Below are positions 61,998-64,000 of a DNA stretch of 64,000 nucleotides, one piece after another. The stretch's first letter is position 1. Each line of letters opens with the position of its first letter. This DNA is from Takakia lepidozioides (Eukaryota; Plantae; Bryophyta). The translations under genes and the position numbers were made by a program. A model generated the notes under the pieces. That model ran no database searches and was not told the DNA's origin. It worked only from the letters and a program-made list of their open reading frames with translations. The stretch is taken from assembly GCA_030704615.1 (NCBI GenBank), contig CM060733.1:29140001-29204000 (forward strand). Reading direction: 5' to 3'.

Positions 61998-63211
61998 CTC
62001 TATCCTGGCTAACTCCACTCTTGGATTACTTCATCCTCTGGCGGTGTCGAGTCGAGGAATTGCTTTTTGAGCTACTCGTACATCTCTGGCATGGAGAATG
62101 GTATGTCCATGAAGGTTTCTGGTGAACAAACATGACATTTGATGGCAAACTAATCCCTGATATCTTGTGCTAAGCCCTTTAGCTCTACACCATCTACGTG
62201 ATCCGGTCACCGTACATTGCTCTCTTGGCTGGTCTACTATAGCCAAAGCCTTGTGTCAGAAATAAGAAACCTGAAAATGAAGGCTTGATGATTTTTCTCT
62301 CTCTCTCTCGCTCTCCTTCCTTGAATGTGGCTAAGTTCTATGTACCAACATTCAAGAATTGCAGCCTGATCCTGTTATTTTGTTCAGATGTTGCATTGAA
62401 TGGAACCGGAAAATGGAGGATGGGATGACTCATTAGGTTCTCCCTAGGTCTTAACCTAAAATAGCTGCCCTGTAGGGTTAGAAAGCCTGGCCACTTCTCT
62501 CATAATAAACAGTCAGCTACTTCAGCTCTTGCCTGCTCCTCTTCCAATAGGGATTTGTATAGGGAGGTATGGAGGCAGATCTGGGTTGAGACGGTTTGGG
62601 TGCTTGTTGGTTATGAAGTCACTACGCTCACCCTCCCATCCTTGTGGTTAGGGTGGGGTTACTATGTCAATGGTTGCCAAGTAGACCAACAGTTCCAATG
62701 GTGAGTGTATATAATACACACCCACCCTTCCTCTTAAGTAGAGTTGTATGTCTTGAAAATCTGCTGTTTCGACTATTTTTTCACTAAGTCAGAAATCTCT
62801 AAGCAACTGTAATGGATTGGGGTATGAGCTTTATGTCATCGTACTGCTATTCTGAGAACTGAAAAACTATGAGGGCCTGTGATGGTGCCTGAGAAGGCTG
62901 TAAGGTGAGATGCTGTGACGCTCCATCTGTTTCTATGTGTGATCATTTTCAGTTTTGACCATGAACTGTCTAATCTCTCTCTGGTCCATTTTGGAAAGCT
63001 ATAGCATGCAAGAGGGCCTGCCAACATCCTCACTAACCCAGTATGCTTGTGGCATTTTCTGGGACGGCTGCAGGTGAGGGCCACTCTTCTTCTAATTTTT
63101 GAGTTCTTGTATGAAATCAGCCGTTAACCAACTTTCAAAATCTCGAGGCTGGGCCTAAAGCCCTGTTCCCTTATATCAACGTGAGTCCCACTACTGGAGT
63201 GAGCTCCTTCC

Positions 63212-63300
63212 AAAGGTAGTGTCTGTTCACTCTTGTTCTGCCCAAACTGGGCGCGGGGTTATGGCAACAAGGCTGTGGCAAACAACGTCTCATGAGTACA
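63212..63300 (+). mobile_element. LINE family A 3' end fragment
   Basis: caaactgggcgcgggg...ggcaaacaacgtctcatgagtaca. Confidence 0.8.
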
Positions 63301-64000
63301 TTCTCTCTCATGTACACACACAGCCCAGTGCGAAAGATAGGTCAATCACAGCCACATTGTGAAATTGGAGAAAGAGTATGCATAACAAGCGAACTTCTTC
63401 ACCGACATGGAAGAACTTAAGCAGGGATGGCTCAAGGACATGTAACGTACATGAAGAAGAGGCAAGCAGTTTAGAGACTGAACAACAAAACACACAAACA
63501 ATTACATTTTCTGTACCTTTCTGAGCCTGAGTCGTCATAGCCATCACTTGCAAGGCTCTCCGGAGCATTGCCAACCTGGATACCCATTTTCGCTCCATAG
63601 CCTGGCTCGTGTATCTACTACATGATATCAAGCCTCCCGCCCTTTCACCGCAAGTAGAAAACAGGGCCTCGGGCACGGCCTCACGCATCGCGCATAGCAG
63701 AGCCCCGGGGCAAGCTGCCATGTGCGAGAAAGCGAGGACGAAGCGGGAGAGCAAACACGAACTAGCTAACAGTTACAAGTAGGAATTTTGTGACCTTTGG
63801 CTACACTTGCAGCCTAATCCCCACCTCGCATCCCGCCTAATTCTTGCAGGAGTGCCGAGTCCTCTTCCGTGATGGAGGCTAATATGGCTTGAATGGCTGT
63901 GTTCATGCTAGTCAAAGCAAGAAACATTGCATCACCCAAGGCTGTGTCTATATCATCTACCGCCATCAATCCCCGAGGATGGTTCAAACCACTGCTACCT

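Noticed and set aside
63308-63754. Possible transit-peptide exon for the PPR at 59308-61080
   Set aside because: The donor phase (1) does not match the candidate acceptor at ~61068 (phase 2); cannot be supported without transcripts.

Overview
Eukaryotic nuclear DNA, most likely from a non-seed land plant (bryophyte, lycophyte or fern). This is inferred from the PLS-DYW PPR style, a clade-3 catalase and plant-type 28S rRNA. Host genes: (1) a 7-exon catalase (3191-6718, +) of clade-3 type with a plastid-transit-like N-terminus and no PTS1; (2) an intact PLS-E-DYW RNA-editing factor (31768-34176, -); (3) a 13-exon ABCC/MRP transporter (36748-~51114, -) with TE-filled introns and small indels; (4) a C-terminally truncated PLS PPR (59308-61080, -) facing a PPR pseudogene fragment. 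Between ~7 and ~29 kb is a repeat/TE nest. It holds two related palindromic minisatellite arrays, a decayed Athila/Tat-like Gypsy (-) with a ~3 kb LTR, extra upstream ORFs and an internal inversion, a LINE ORF1 remnant, and a 28S rRNA fragment bracketed by inverted repeats. The most notable element is a decayed Gypsy (+, ~23350-27441) whose pol frame carries the C-terminal half of a DNMT3-like C5 cytosine methyltransferase upstream of RT and an intact PHD finger after integrase, i.e. a retrotransposon with its own DNA-methylation writer and a histone reader. All calls are manual; no database searches were run.
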